From IMG/VR virus record IMGVR_UViG_3300045988_083295, positions 1-64,000 of that record: a stretch of 64,000 nt of DNA; one strand, 5' to 3'. The notes under the pieces are model-generated. The model made no database searches, was not told where the DNA came from, and worked only from the letters and a program-made list of their open reading frames with translations. Every line of letters begins with the position of its first letter. The stretch's first letter is position 1. Origin of the DNA: a virus. Made by a program: the position numbers and the translations under genes. Shown piece by piece: positions 45,619 to 53,193 of the stretch.

Positions 45619-45908
45619 ACCTTCCGCTTCTTGTGGACTTCATCGAACAATTTGAAGACGAGTTCTTCAATGTGGCTTGGCTGGCAGGTCGTTGGCATAT
45701 CCTTCTTGAGCATTGGTCCTTCTCCCGAGAGGAGCCAATCTCCTGAGATTCCTTCGCACTTCGTGTAGATTAACTCTGCATCGAATGTCTCGCGAGATGC
45801 CCATGTACTCACAGTTTGAGGCGACACTTCAAGCAACTTCGCAAATTGCGCTTTATTACCATCGGTAAAATGCTGAATAAGAGATAGTAACATTTCCTTC
45901 TTGTTCAT
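45615..45908 (-). CDS. CI/BetR-type HTH regulator (97 aa).
   Basis: GNKAQFAKLLEVSPQTVSTW ... GDWLLSGEGPM. Confidence 0.7.
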   Translation of the reverse strand: MNKKEMLLSLIQHFTDGNKAQFAKLLEVSPQTVSTWASRETFDAELIYTKCEGISGDWLLSGEGPMLKKDMPTTCQPSHIEELVFKLFDEVHKKRKV

Positions 45909-45930
45909 AATGCGTATAATTGATTAAAGA

Positions 45931-45953
45931 TTTGAGGATAAATAATCCTCAAA
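45931..45953. promoter_or_regulatory. 9-5-9 inverted repeat TTTGAGGAT aaata ATCCTCAAA.
   Basis: Lies between the divergent HTH gene (start 45908) and the rightward early promoter, abutting the -33 TTTG. Confidence 0.45.
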
Positions 45954-45956
45954 AAG

Positions 45957-45988
45957 TTTGGGTGATACACACATTTTGCGTACATTTG
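45957..45988 (+). promoter_or_regulatory. Rightward early promoter: TTTG (45957-45960), N20, TACATTTG (45981-45988).
   Basis: Consensus Bacteroidota elements upstream of the Cro-like gene. Confidence 0.65.
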
Positions 45989-46001
45989 CACCCGAAATCA
46001 A

Positions 46002-46016
46002 TCGGACATTGTCCGA
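46002..46016. promoter_or_regulatory. 7-1-7 palindrome TCGGACAtTGTCCGA, copy 2.
   Basis: Sits in the same position relative to the -7 box as copy 1. Confidence 0.6.
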
Positions 46017-46051
46017 AATCATTTGAGACAACAAATATACGAAAAAAAATA

Positions 46052-46258
46052 ATGGCATACAAAAAACAGAGACTCGAAATTGTAGTTCCGTATGGAAATA
46101 TTACGAAGCTCGCAAAGTCCTTCGGTATTAGACGTGAGACGGTATCCTTCGCGCTCCGCTTCTGCTCTTCATCCCAGTTGGCTGAGAACATCCGCGAGAG
46201 AGCCATCAAGGAGTATGGCGGCAAAATGCAGACAATCACACTGAGTCCTGCCGAATAG
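46052..46258 (+). CDS. Cro-like small HTH regulator.
   Basis: 68 aa with ITKLAKSFGIRRETVSFALR. It is the first gene after the early promoter (the track ORF starts upstream at 45920). Confidence 0.6.
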   Translation: MAYKKQRLEIVVPYGNITKLAKSFGIRRETVSFALRFCSSSQLAENIRERAIKEYGGKMQTITLSPAE

Positions 46259-46288
46259 ACAGAGACTCCAACAAACACAAAGAAGAAT

Positions 46289-46588
46289 ATGACAATATCA
46301 GCAATACAGCAGCTCATGCAGGAGTCCTTCCAAGTGGGCTACATGCAGGCCATGAAGACTTTCGAGCCTTCGTCCTGCGACATTCGAGAGACAGAGGTCA
46401 ATTCCTGGTTATTGGCTATCGGTGTCAGCCGGGACGCATGGAATCGATTGAAGAAGACGGGATTGGTTCAGGCGTTCCGCAAGGGGAACGGCACAAACTC
46501 TCCTCTCTACTACAGCAAACTTGACATCAAGAAAGCCCTCATCACGAAAGACCTCTGCAAGTGGTACACGGATGGGTTAATAGGATAA
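46289..46588 (+). CDS. Excisionase-like or HTH_17-like DNA-binding protein.
   Basis: IRETEVNSWLLAIGVSRDAWNRLKKTGLV...YYSKLDIKKAL. Confidence 0.45.
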   Translation: MTISAIQQLMQESFQVGYMQAMKTFEPSSCDIRETEVNSWLLAIGVSRDAWNRLKKTGLVQAFRKGNGTNSPLYYSKLDIKKALITKDLCKWYTDGLIG

Positions 46589-46620
46589 CACGTTTCAACA
46601 ACTTAAAAAAACTCGGAAGT

Positions 46621-46731
46621 ATGAGAAAGTCAAATGCTAATTCTGAATTGCTGGAAGGAATTAAGGTCGTTGTGATGGGGGTGCTCATTATGGTGGTTGG
46701 TATCACGATGATCTGGCTCGCCAGCGTGTAG
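46621..46731 (+). CDS. Possible 36-aa hydrophobic peptide.
   Basis: ATG to TAG encoding MRKSNANSELLEGIKVVVMGVLIMVVGITMIWLASV. Not in the ORF track because it is too short. Confidence 0.25.
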   Translation: MRKSNANSELLEGIKVVVMGVLIMVVGITMIWLASV

Positions 46732-46749
46732 GCCTCCTCCATGGATACC

Positions 46750-46861
46750 GGATGTGGATATGCAGCCTAACGGTTACGGCTGTGAAGTTAGATGATTGCT
46801 TCGTTTCGATTGTTTGAATTTCGTGTGAATTACATGAGGGTTCGACTCCCTCCCACATCCC
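46750..46861 (+). ncRNA. Aberrant tRNA-like element A (about 111 nt).
   Basis: 8-bp terminal stem GGATGTGG/CCACATCC. T-arm GAGGG-TTCGACT-CCCTC. D-like hairpin GCAGCC-TAACGGTTAC-GGCTGT. About 50 nt in between cannot be folded by eye into anticodon and variable arms. Confidence 0.4.
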
Positions 46862-46942
46862 TTGACACTAGCACAGTGATTTTTTTCTTAAATTAACTTT
46901 AATCGCAAGTAGACTTGCGGTTCGTGAGAATAGCAAGTCTTA

Positions 46943-47023
46943 TCGGGACAGTTGGTCAGGGTTGTTTGGGTAGCTCTTTAAGCCTTGTGGCAACTGGTGC
47001 GGTTCGACTCCGCGAGTCCCGAC
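46943..47023 (+). ncRNA. Aberrant tRNA-like element B (about 81 nt).
   Basis: Terminal stem TCGGGAC/GTCCCGA. T-arm (T)GCGG-TTCGACT-CCGC(G). D-loop-like AGTTGGTCA. I could not find a canonical D-stem or anticodon arm. Confidence 0.35.
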
Positions 47024-47114
47024 ACCGTAATGGTTAAATGGATTGGCAACGTGGGTGTGTTAGCCCCTACGCATGATTGATTTTAAGTTGATGTTGCCCC
47101 CAAGCGAGGGGGAC

Positions 47115-47188
47115 GGGACTTTAGCTCAGACGGTCAGAGCAGCTGACTCATAATCAGAAGGTCGCGAGTTCAAGCCTCGCAGGTCCCA
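47115..47188 (+). tRNA. tRNA with CAT anticodon (Met, or Ile2 if lysidine-modified).
   Basis: Hand-folded cloverleaf: GGGACTT/AGGTCCC, D arm GCTC-AGACGGTCA-GAGC, anticodon loop CTCATAA, T arm GCGAG-TTCAAGC-CTCGC. 74 nt, no encoded CCA. Confidence 0.85.
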
Positions 47189-47244
47189 CCGCTTTTGGAG
47201 TTCTTGTTAAGGTGTTTTTGTGGCAGCCCGGAAAGACGGGCACG

Positions 47245-47316
47245 GACTGAATAGCTCAACGGACAGAGCATCCCCCTCCTAAGGGGAAGATGAGGGTTCG
47301 ATTCCCCCTTCAGTCA
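47245..47316 (+). tRNA. tRNA-Arg (CCT).
   Basis: GACTGAA/TTCAGTC, D arm GCTC-AACGGACA-GAGC, anticodon arm TCCCC-CTCCTAA-GGGGA, T arm GAGGG-TTCGATT-CCCCC (one A-C mismatch). 72 nt. Confidence 0.8.
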
Positions 47317-47359
47317 CTATGAGATTTTCAACATTACTAATCGAATAAGACGAAGAATC

Positions 47360-48391
47360 ATGAACAATTCTGAAAGTAACCTTATGGAAGTCGTTCCTGC
47401 TGAGGTACAGATCATCAAAGCCAAGCAGGACGCGGAATTTGCCATGACCACCGCAGGTCAGATGTTGCGGTCGTTCGAGGCCACGCAACGCATCGCGAAG
47501 ATGTATGCCACCAGTTCACTTATACCGGCTTCTCTCAAGGGTGACCCGAACAAGGAGTTCGGCACCCCCGAACAGAAGGTTCAGGCCGCTATGCAGAAGA
47601 CTTACGCCAACTGCACGATTGCATTGAACATGGCACAGCGCATGAACGCTGACCCCCTCATGGTCATGCAGAATCTTTACATTGTTCACGGCCAGCCTTC
47701 CTTTTCCTCCAAGTTTCTTATTGCTTGCATCAACAAGTGTGGCCGCTATGCTCCGCTGCGCTACGAGTTCAAGGGCGAGCAAGGCACGGACGATTACGGG
47801 TGTCGCGCTTACACTTATGAGACCTCGGACGTGAAGCACAAGGAACCCATCTACGGCACTTGGGTCACAATGGGAATGGCCAAGAAGGAAGGTTGGACAA
47901 CGAAGAACGGCAGCAAGTGGCTGACCATGCCCGACCAAATGCTCATCTATCGCGCAGCCGCCTTCTTCCAGCGCAGTAACTGCCCTGAAATCAGTATGGG
48001 CTTGAGTACTTCCGAAGAACTTCAGGACATGGGCGAACAACCCGTATATGTTGAGGAAGTGAAGGACAACGACTTGAGTTCCCTCGCTATGAAGCGCATG
48101 AAGAGACCTGCTGCCATCGCTCAAGCCGAGGCTGGAACCGCCGGCATTCGGCTTCACAAAGATCAAGCTGCCATCGCTCAAGCCGAGGCCACAACTGTAG
48201 ATGGAAGAAAAGATCCAGCTGAAGCTGAAGAGGCTGAAGGTGCTCCTGCACCGCAAGGCAATCCCTTCGAGCAAGCCGAAGAAGTCAATGAACAGGCCGC
48301 AGAAGTCAATGAACAGGCCGCAGCTAAAGAACAGTCCGAAGCAACGCAGCAGAATGCGGCCAATCAGAATAACCGCCCTTCTCTTCTCTAG
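47360..48391 (+). CDS. RecT/Red-beta-superfamily single-strand annealing protein with a repetitive acidic C-terminal tail.
   Basis: SSLIP..., NLYIVHGQPSFSSKF, and WLTMPDQMLIYRAAAFFQRSNCPE. Paired with a YqaJ exonuclease. Confidence 0.7.
   Translation: MNNSESNLMEVVPAEVQIIKAKQDAEFAMTTAGQMLRSFEATQRIAKMYATSSLIPASLKGDPNKEFGTPEQKVQAAMQKTYANCTIALNMAQRMNADPLMVMQNLYIVHGQPSFSSKFLIACINKCGRYAPLRYEFKGEQGTDDYGCRAYTYETSDVKHKEPIYGTWVTMGMAKKEGWTTKNGSKWLTMPDQMLIYRAAAFFQRSNCPEISMGLSTSEELQDMGEQPVYVEEVKDNDLSSLAMKRMKRPAAIAQAEAGTAGIRLHKDQAAIAQAEATTVDGRKDPAEAEEAEGAPAPQGNPFEQAEEVNEQAAEVNEQAAAKEQSEATQQNAANQNNRPSLL
48281..48322 (+). repeat. Perfect 21-bp tandem duplication (EVNEQAA x2) in the SSAP tail.
   Basis: GAAGTCAATGAACAGGCCGCA at 48281-48301 and 48302-48322. 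A separate 23-nt repeat GCTGCCATCGCTCAAGCCGAGGC lies near 48103 and 48160. Confidence 0.8.
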
Positions 48392-48394
48392 CCT

Positions 48395-49144
48395 ATGAAC
48401 GCAGAATACGGTCAGGAACAGAATACGTTAGGTTGGTACCGCGCAAGAATCGGACAGATAACGGGTAGCGCGGTCGGCAACCTGATGGGTGAAGGTCGAG
48501 GTGGAAACTGGTCTGCTACGGCAGTCAGCTATATGCAGCAACTCGCCTTCGAGCGGACGATGGATGAGGAGATTCTCAACAATGATGAACTGTTCGCCCA
48601 GTATGTCGGCATCACTGAGGTAAAGTCCAAGATTCTTGAATGGGGACACAAGATGGAGGGTCCTGCGGCAGACCTGTTTGCCGCGATGTTCCTTCAGATC
48701 TATGAACCCAATGCCAAGTGCAACGAGGAGATTGTCCTTGAAGAGCCGCCATCGGTCAAGCATCCCACACTTGAACACTTCGCGAGTTCGCCAGACAGAA
48801 TGTTTGCCAACCCGGTCACGGGGGAGAGTTGCTGCATCGAGATCAAGAGTCCGCAAGGCAAGGCGTTCGCCAAGTATGCCAGCATCATTCTTCTTCCCAC
48901 GGAGGCCATGAGGCTTGAAGCCTTGAAGAAGGCTGAACCCAACTATTATTGGCAGCTCTTCTCACACATGATGGTTACGGGTACAACTACTTGCTATTGG
49001 GTTGTCTACAATCCATTCAACAAGGTGCCTCTGTTCAGCATGGAAGTCCATTGGGACGATGAGATTGTTCAGAAGATCGAGACGCGCGTGAAGGAGGCCA
49101 ACAAATACATTGACGCATTGGCGCGCAATATGATTGGCCTATGA
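48395..49144 (+). CDS. YqaJ-type (lambda Exo-like) recombination exonuclease.
   Basis: GWYRARIGQITGSAVGNLMG, IEIKSP and NYYWQLFSHMMVTG. Confidence 0.8.
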   Translation: MNAEYGQEQNTLGWYRARIGQITGSAVGNLMGEGRGGNWSATAVSYMQQLAFERTMDEEILNNDELFAQYVGITEVKSKILEWGHKMEGPAADLFAAMFLQIYEPNAKCNEEIVLEEPPSVKHPTLEHFASSPDRMFANPVTGESCCIEIKSPQGKAFAKYASIILLPTEAMRLEALKKAEPNYYWQLFSHMMVTGTTTCYWVVYNPFNKVPLFSMEVHWDDEIVQKIETRVKEANKYIDALARNMIGL

Positions 49145-49656
49145 CACGCAAGGAGATTCTGGAACAATTCTGGGTGACGGCATTCAAGGGTCTGTCAAAG
49201 GTGATTCCCTTCGAAAAGGTGTGTGCCAAGGCATTGCTGGACGAGAGGATTACAACAGAGACAGCCATTCATTACCTGAGCGGTTCGGGCGAGCAGCACG
49301 TGAGCAATCTCAAGGAATTGCAGACGGAAGAAGGACGCAAGACCTACCGCGATACACTTGATTTTCGCTGTGCGGCCTATGTGGACTCCAAAGTCCTGTT
49401 TGCCAAGAATCTACCCAACAACAAACAACAAGAAGAAACAATGAGCGAGAACAACAACAACGGCACGCAGGAAGAGAAGATGGAACGCACGTTCCTGGTG
49501 CAGTGCTCGAAGGAGCAGCTGATTGCCTTGGGCAACTGGATGTACGACAACGGCATCTTCTTCTGCAAGTGCAGTGACAAGATCAATGCGGAGGCTCACC
49601 GCTTCACCTTTCCCGAAGAGGAAGCCAAAGAAGCTGATGGAACTGTACGCCCTTAG
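49141..49656 (+). CDS. Hypothetical protein.
   Basis: ATGA overlap with the exonuclease gene. 171 aa. Confidence 0.55.
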   Translation: MTRKEILEQFWVTAFKGLSKVIPFEKVCAKALLDERITTETAIHYLSGSGEQHVSNLKELQTEEGRKTYRDTLDFRCAAYVDSKVLFAKNLPNNKQQEETMSENNNNGTQEEKMERTFLVQCSKEQLIALGNWMYDNGIFFCKCSDKINAEAHRFTFPEEEAKEADGTVRP

Positions 49657-50074
49657 AGACGGATGTTCACTGCTCCCATGCTACGACGATGACGCAGACA
49701 AGCTGCGAAGCCTCTCAGCCGATCGGCCGGTCTTCATCACCATTCACGAAGCAAGGAGCATCCGAATGCACAGACGATACTTCGCACTTGTCAACACCGC
49801 ATGGGGGTGCATGGCAGAAGAAGAGCGAAGGCTGTTCAGAGACAACCTCGACTGCTTCAGGCGAAGCCTTACATTGCTCGCAGGATTCACCGACCCCGTC
49901 TACAACGCAAGGACAGGAGAATGGAATGAAGTGCCCCGAAGCATCTCCTTCGAAAACATGGGAGAGCATGAGTTCCGACAACTCTACGAGGCAACCATCA
50001 GAGTCATCTTCGACAGACTCATCCCCGATGCCGAGCGAAGGGATACGTTCCTACTCGCATTGCACGATTTCTGA
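49637..50074 (+). CDS. Hypothetical protein.
   Basis: First plausible ATG (MELYALRDG...) in the track ORF 49523-50074. Confidence 0.55.
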   Translation: MELYALRDGCSLLPCYDDDADKLRSLSADRPVFITIHEARSIRMHRRYFALVNTAWGCMAEEERRLFRDNLDCFRRSLTLLAGFTDPVYNARTGEWNEVPRSISFENMGEHEFRQLYEATIRVIFDRLIPDAERRDTFLLALHDF

Positions 50075-50126
50075 GGTCTTGCCGAAGAGTCTTGTGGCAG
50101 AATGTGCTAGGTTGTTCGCAAGCGCG

Positions 50127-50321
50127 ATGAGCATCGTATTCCGCGATGACTTCGGCAAGAATCCGATTCACAAGGTTGTCGGTATGCTGGCCAGAGCCGA
50201 GCGCATTCTTGACGAGCATCAGCATGAGACCACGACCTACGCCAACCAGCTTCGGCTTATCCGCCAAATCAAGACCAAGGTGGAGGCCAAGATGAAGAAG
50301 GCCAACATTGAACAATTCTAA
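50127..50321 (+). CDS. Possible small protein (64 aa).
   Basis: Only the C-terminal part of the track ORF 49689-50321 lies in unoccupied DNA, starting at ATG 50127. Confidence 0.35.
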   Translation: MSIVFRDDFGKNPIHKVVGMLARAERILDEHQHETTTYANQLRLIRQIKTKVEAKMKKANIEQF

Positions 50322-50345
50322 AAACGCTATATAGTTTAACTCCCT

Positions 50346-50418
50346 GGTGGCGCGCCTTCGGGTGGCATAGCGATGTCGCACTTTTTGTAGGCGTTTTTGG
50401 GTGCGCCACCTCTTTTTT
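50346..50418 (+). terminator. Structured terminator region.
   Basis: GGTGGCGC (50346-50353) pairs with GCGCCACC (50403-50410), followed by TCTTTTTT. Internal alternative hairpins are present. Confidence 0.5.
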
Positions 50419-50443
50419 AAAAACAAAATAAAAAACGAAGATT

Positions 50444-50857
50444 ATGATTTACGAAGCAAGTGTTGCTTACAAGAAGCAGAATGAGAATGGCCTTGAAGTT
50501 TCCGTTAAGGAAGTATTCCTCGTACAGGCCATCAGCTTTGCCGAAGCCGAACAGAAGGCCATGGCATTAGGGGGACATCTGACCACGTCTGACTTCGATA
50601 TTACGGCTATCAAGGAGAGTGCCGTTGCTGACGTGATCCATAACGGAGAAGACGGCAAGTTCTTCAAGGTGACGTTCAACTTCATCACCACTGACCAGAA
50701 TGGTCACGACAAGAAGACCAAGAGGTTCATCTACGCTGAATCACTGGACCTTGATGACGCGAAGCAGCTCTTTACGGATTCACAGAAGAATTCCATGTTG
50801 GACTACGAGGTTGTCGGAGTCCAAGAAACCAAAATCACGGAGTACATTATCGATTAA
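50444..50857 (+). CDS. Hypothetical protein.
   Basis: 137-aa ORF following the terminator. Confidence 0.6.
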   Translation: MIYEASVAYKKQNENGLEVSVKEVFLVQAISFAEAEQKAMALGGHLTTSDFDITAIKESAVADVIHNGEDGKFFKVTFNFITTDQNGHDKKTKRFIYAESLDLDDAKQLFTDSQKNSMLDYEVVGVQETKITEYIID

Positions 50858-50870
50858 CATCAAACAGATT

Positions 50871-51140
50871 ATGAAATCGAAGAAAAGCATTGTTCTGGAA
50901 GCCGCAAGGGCGAACGGAACGAAAATCAATGAGGCAACCAACCTGACGAACACCTTCATAGGATTGATTGCAGCCGCGCTCAAGGATGGCGAGTCCGTAA
51001 GAATCAACGGCCTTGGCACATTCAGTATCCTTGAACGCAAGGAACATACGGCACGCAACCCCAAGACGGGTGAAGCCATTGTGGTTCCTACGCGTAAGGT
51101 CATCAAGTTCGTTGCATGTCAAGACTTGAAGAACTTATAG
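50871..51140 (+). CDS. HU/IHF-family DNA-binding protein.
   Basis: INGLGTFSILERKEHTARNPKTGEAIVVPTRKVIKF matches the HU signature. ATG at 50871. Confidence 0.85.
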   Translation: MKSKKSIVLEAARANGTKINEATNLTNTFIGLIAAALKDGESVRINGLGTFSILERKEHTARNPKTGEAIVVPTRKVIKFVACQDLKNL

Positions 51141-51532
51141 CAGCTGAACGGCAGAAGCACCACACCAGGGTGAGACATGGCGATGAGGAGCACAGAATCC
51201 AAGTCGCATGTGTCAACTGGTTCCGCATTCAGTACCCGAGCCTCAGGCTACGGTTGTTCGCAGTGCCCAACGGAGGCAAGCGAGATGTTGTTACCGCCGG
51301 GAAGTTGAAAGCGGAAGGTGCTCTGCCGGGAGTTGCCGACCTGATTCTCCTGAAGCCTAACTCGCAATATGGTGCCCTACTCATCGAGATGAAGACGGAG
51401 AAGGGCAGACAGAGCGAGAGCCAGAGGGTATGGGAGACCGACCTCTGCAGGTCGGATGAATACAAGTATGTGGTATGCCACGGAACGGAAGACTTCATCA
51501 AGGAGGTCACGGATTATCTGAGGGATACCTAA
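51116..51532 (+). CDS. VRR-NUC domain nuclease.
   Basis: GVADLILLKPNSQYGALLIEMKTEKGRQSESQ (PD-(D/E)xK with the trailing Q typical of VRR-NUC). Confidence 0.75.
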   Translation: MSRLEELIAAERQKHHTRVRHGDEEHRIQVACVNWFRIQYPSLRLRLFAVPNGGKRDVVTAGKLKAEGALPGVADLILLKPNSQYGALLIEMKTEKGRQSESQRVWETDLCRSDEYKYVVCHGTEDFIKEVTDYLRDT

Positions 51533-51542
51533 CAAGGACAAT

Positions 51543-52370
51543 ATGGCAAAGAAACTGAAACAATATTACTTCCAGCACGATGCCTTTGCCCGAGAAGACC
51601 CAAAAATCGTCAGCCTACGCATTAGGCACGGATCAGCGGGGTATGGAGTATACTTCATGCTATTGGAATATCTATTCTCGCAAGAGGATTACGTGAGCGA
51701 AACTACCTATAACACCATAGGCTACAACCTTCATGAATCCGCGAGTCTAGTTAAGTCAGTCGTTGAGGACTTCGGCTTGTTCACCTTATCAGAGGATGGT
51801 AAGTGGTTTCATTCGGAGTCTTTCAGCCGTAGGATGGCTTCAATAGGTTCCACCGCAAGCAGTCGCTCAGAAGCAGCGCGGAAGGCCGCGCTTGCAAGAT
51901 GGGGGACAGCCCCCGATGCGTCCGCACTGAAAAATGATGCGTCACGCATGCGTCACGCATGCAAAAACGATGCGGAACGCATGCGTCACGCATACGAAAA
52001 CGATGCCAATAATATAAGAGAAGAAGATATTAAGAGAGAGACGCGTGCGTGTGCGTGTACGTGCGAGGATTTCCAAGCTGAACTTTTGAGGCAAGGCGAA
52101 TTCTGGGAAACGGCAAGTATGCGTTTCCATTTCGACATTGATAAGCTCAAATCTTATGTTATTCCATTCGGGCAAGAATTGGTGTGCAAGGGCATAAGGC
52201 ATGACAGCTTCAGTCGGTACAGACAGCACTTCTTCGACTGGCTGAGGATTCAACTGGAAAAAATCAACAATGACAACAAATCAAAACAACAACGGAAGGT
52301 TGAATCTTCCAAGCGTGGACGGGCTGAAAGCGATGCTGTTACAGCGGAAGATTTCGCGCGAGGGTTTTAA
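51543..52370 (+). CDS. Replisome organiser or replication initiator (DUF4373/Lin1244-like N-terminal domain).
   Basis: YYFQHDAFAREDPKIVSLRIRHGSAGYGVYFMLLEYL. Carries internal DNA iterons. Confidence 0.65.
   Translation: MAKKLKQYYFQHDAFAREDPKIVSLRIRHGSAGYGVYFMLLEYLFSQEDYVSETTYNTIGYNLHESASLVKSVVEDFGLFTLSEDGKWFHSESFSRRMASIGSTASSRSEAARKAALARWGTAPDASALKNDASRMRHACKNDAERMRHAYENDANNIREEDIKRETRACACTCEDFQAELLRQGEFWETASMRFHFDIDKLKSYVIPFGQELVCKGIRHDSFSRYRQHFFDWLRIQLEKINNDNKSKQQRKVESSKRGRAESDAVTAEDFARGF
51931..52006. repeat. Iteron array (candidate origin of replication).
   Basis: 33-bp unit AAAAAyGATGCGkmACGCATGCGTCACGCATrC at 51931-51963 and 51964-51996, plus a partial third copy. The 11-bp palindrome TGCGTCACGCA lies at 51938, 51949 and 51982, a variant at 51971, and a degenerate copy at 51917. 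Confidence 0.65.
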
Positions 52371-52959
52371 CGTTCCGATTCACCCGGAAGATTTTTATAA
52401 AATTTTCGTTGCAGCCTATAATGCAGAAGTCGAATATCGCGGAAGTCGGGCTGTGCTGGATGACGAGAACGGCGCGAAATACATCCTATGGGATATCAGC
52501 AAGATGATGACAACGACCGCGAGAAAGAAGAACGGCCTGATGCTCAACGGCCTCTACGGCAACGGCAAGACAACAACGGTGTATGCCCTCAAGGCTACGC
52601 TGAACTTCCTTCGTGACAAGGGTTACGTTGACGGAGACAGGCTGGGCGTGAGGATCATTGATGCCAAGCAGCTCGCCATTCTGGCACCCAACCCGAATGC
52701 CATGACGGATCTAGCGAAGACCGAATGTGCCTTATGCATTGAGGATATGGGGCGTGAGGCCAGCGAGGTGATGAGCTACGGAAACATCCTGAATCCCGTG
52801 GCAGACATCGTTGAACAGCGTTATGCCGACCAGCTGTTCACCATCATCACGACCAATCTGACTCCCGAACAGATCAAGGAGCGTTACGGTGGCCGTGTTG
52901 CAGACCGATTCCGCGAGATGCTGGAAGTGATAACCTTCAGGCATGCGTCGTATCGGTGA
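52333..52959 (+). CDS. DnaC/IstB-like AAA+ helicase loader.
   Basis: Walker A GLYGNGKTT, Walker B CLCIEDMG, and TTNL. An alternative start is at 52270. Confidence 0.75.
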   Translation: MLLQRKISREGFNVPIHPEDFYKIFVAAYNAEVEYRGSRAVLDDENGAKYILWDISKMMTTTARKKNGLMLNGLYGNGKTTTVYALKATLNFLRDKGYVDGDRLGVRIIDAKQLAILAPNPNAMTDLAKTECALCIEDMGREASEVMSYGNILNPVADIVEQRYADQLFTIITTNLTPEQIKERYGGRVADRFREMLEVITFRHASYR

Positions 52960-52995
52960 CAAGAAGAGAACCAACAACAACAAACGAAAAAGGAT

Positions 52996-53193
52996 ATGAT
53001 GACGATATACGTTGACGTGATGACATATGACATGGATAGATTCATCTGCACGGAGAAGGTTGAGATTGACCCTGCGTTCTACAAGCTGGATGAGGTATGC
53101 AGGGAGGTTGTGAGACGGCACCCGACCCTCAAGGGCAGAGATGACATCGTCTTCATCCCCGAATTCAACAAACCAAAACCTATCAGACGATGA
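52996..53193 (+). CDS. Hypothetical protein.
   Basis: 65-aa ORF in the early-gene run. Confidence 0.45.
   Translation: MMTIYVDVMTYDMDRFICTEKVEIDPAFYKLDEVCREVVRRHPTLKGRDDIVFIPEFNKPKPIRR

Noticed and set aside
40032-46600. The int-hicAB-repressor block as a foreign mobile island or IS inserted into a lytic phage.
   Set aside because: I found no flanking inverted or direct repeats bracketing the block. The repeats at 42266 and 42542 lie on the same side of int. The block is functionally wired to the early operon through shared operators, so it reads as the phage's own lysogeny module.
46750-47023. Reading the tRNA-like elements as tRNA-Sec (8/5 stems, long D-stem) or as a tmRNA.
   Set aside because: I could not locate a UCA anticodon loop. 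Element A is longer than known tRNA-Sec genes and has a 10-nt D-loop. The 5' end of A and the 3' end of B are not complementary, and I see no tag-peptide reading frame, so a single tmRNA spanning both is not supported.
49689-50126. The N-terminal 146 codons of the track ORF 49689-50321.
   Set aside because: This S/T/P-rich alternative frame overlaps the better ORF 49637-50074. Only the non-overlapping tail (50127-50321) is kept, as a low-confidence CDS.
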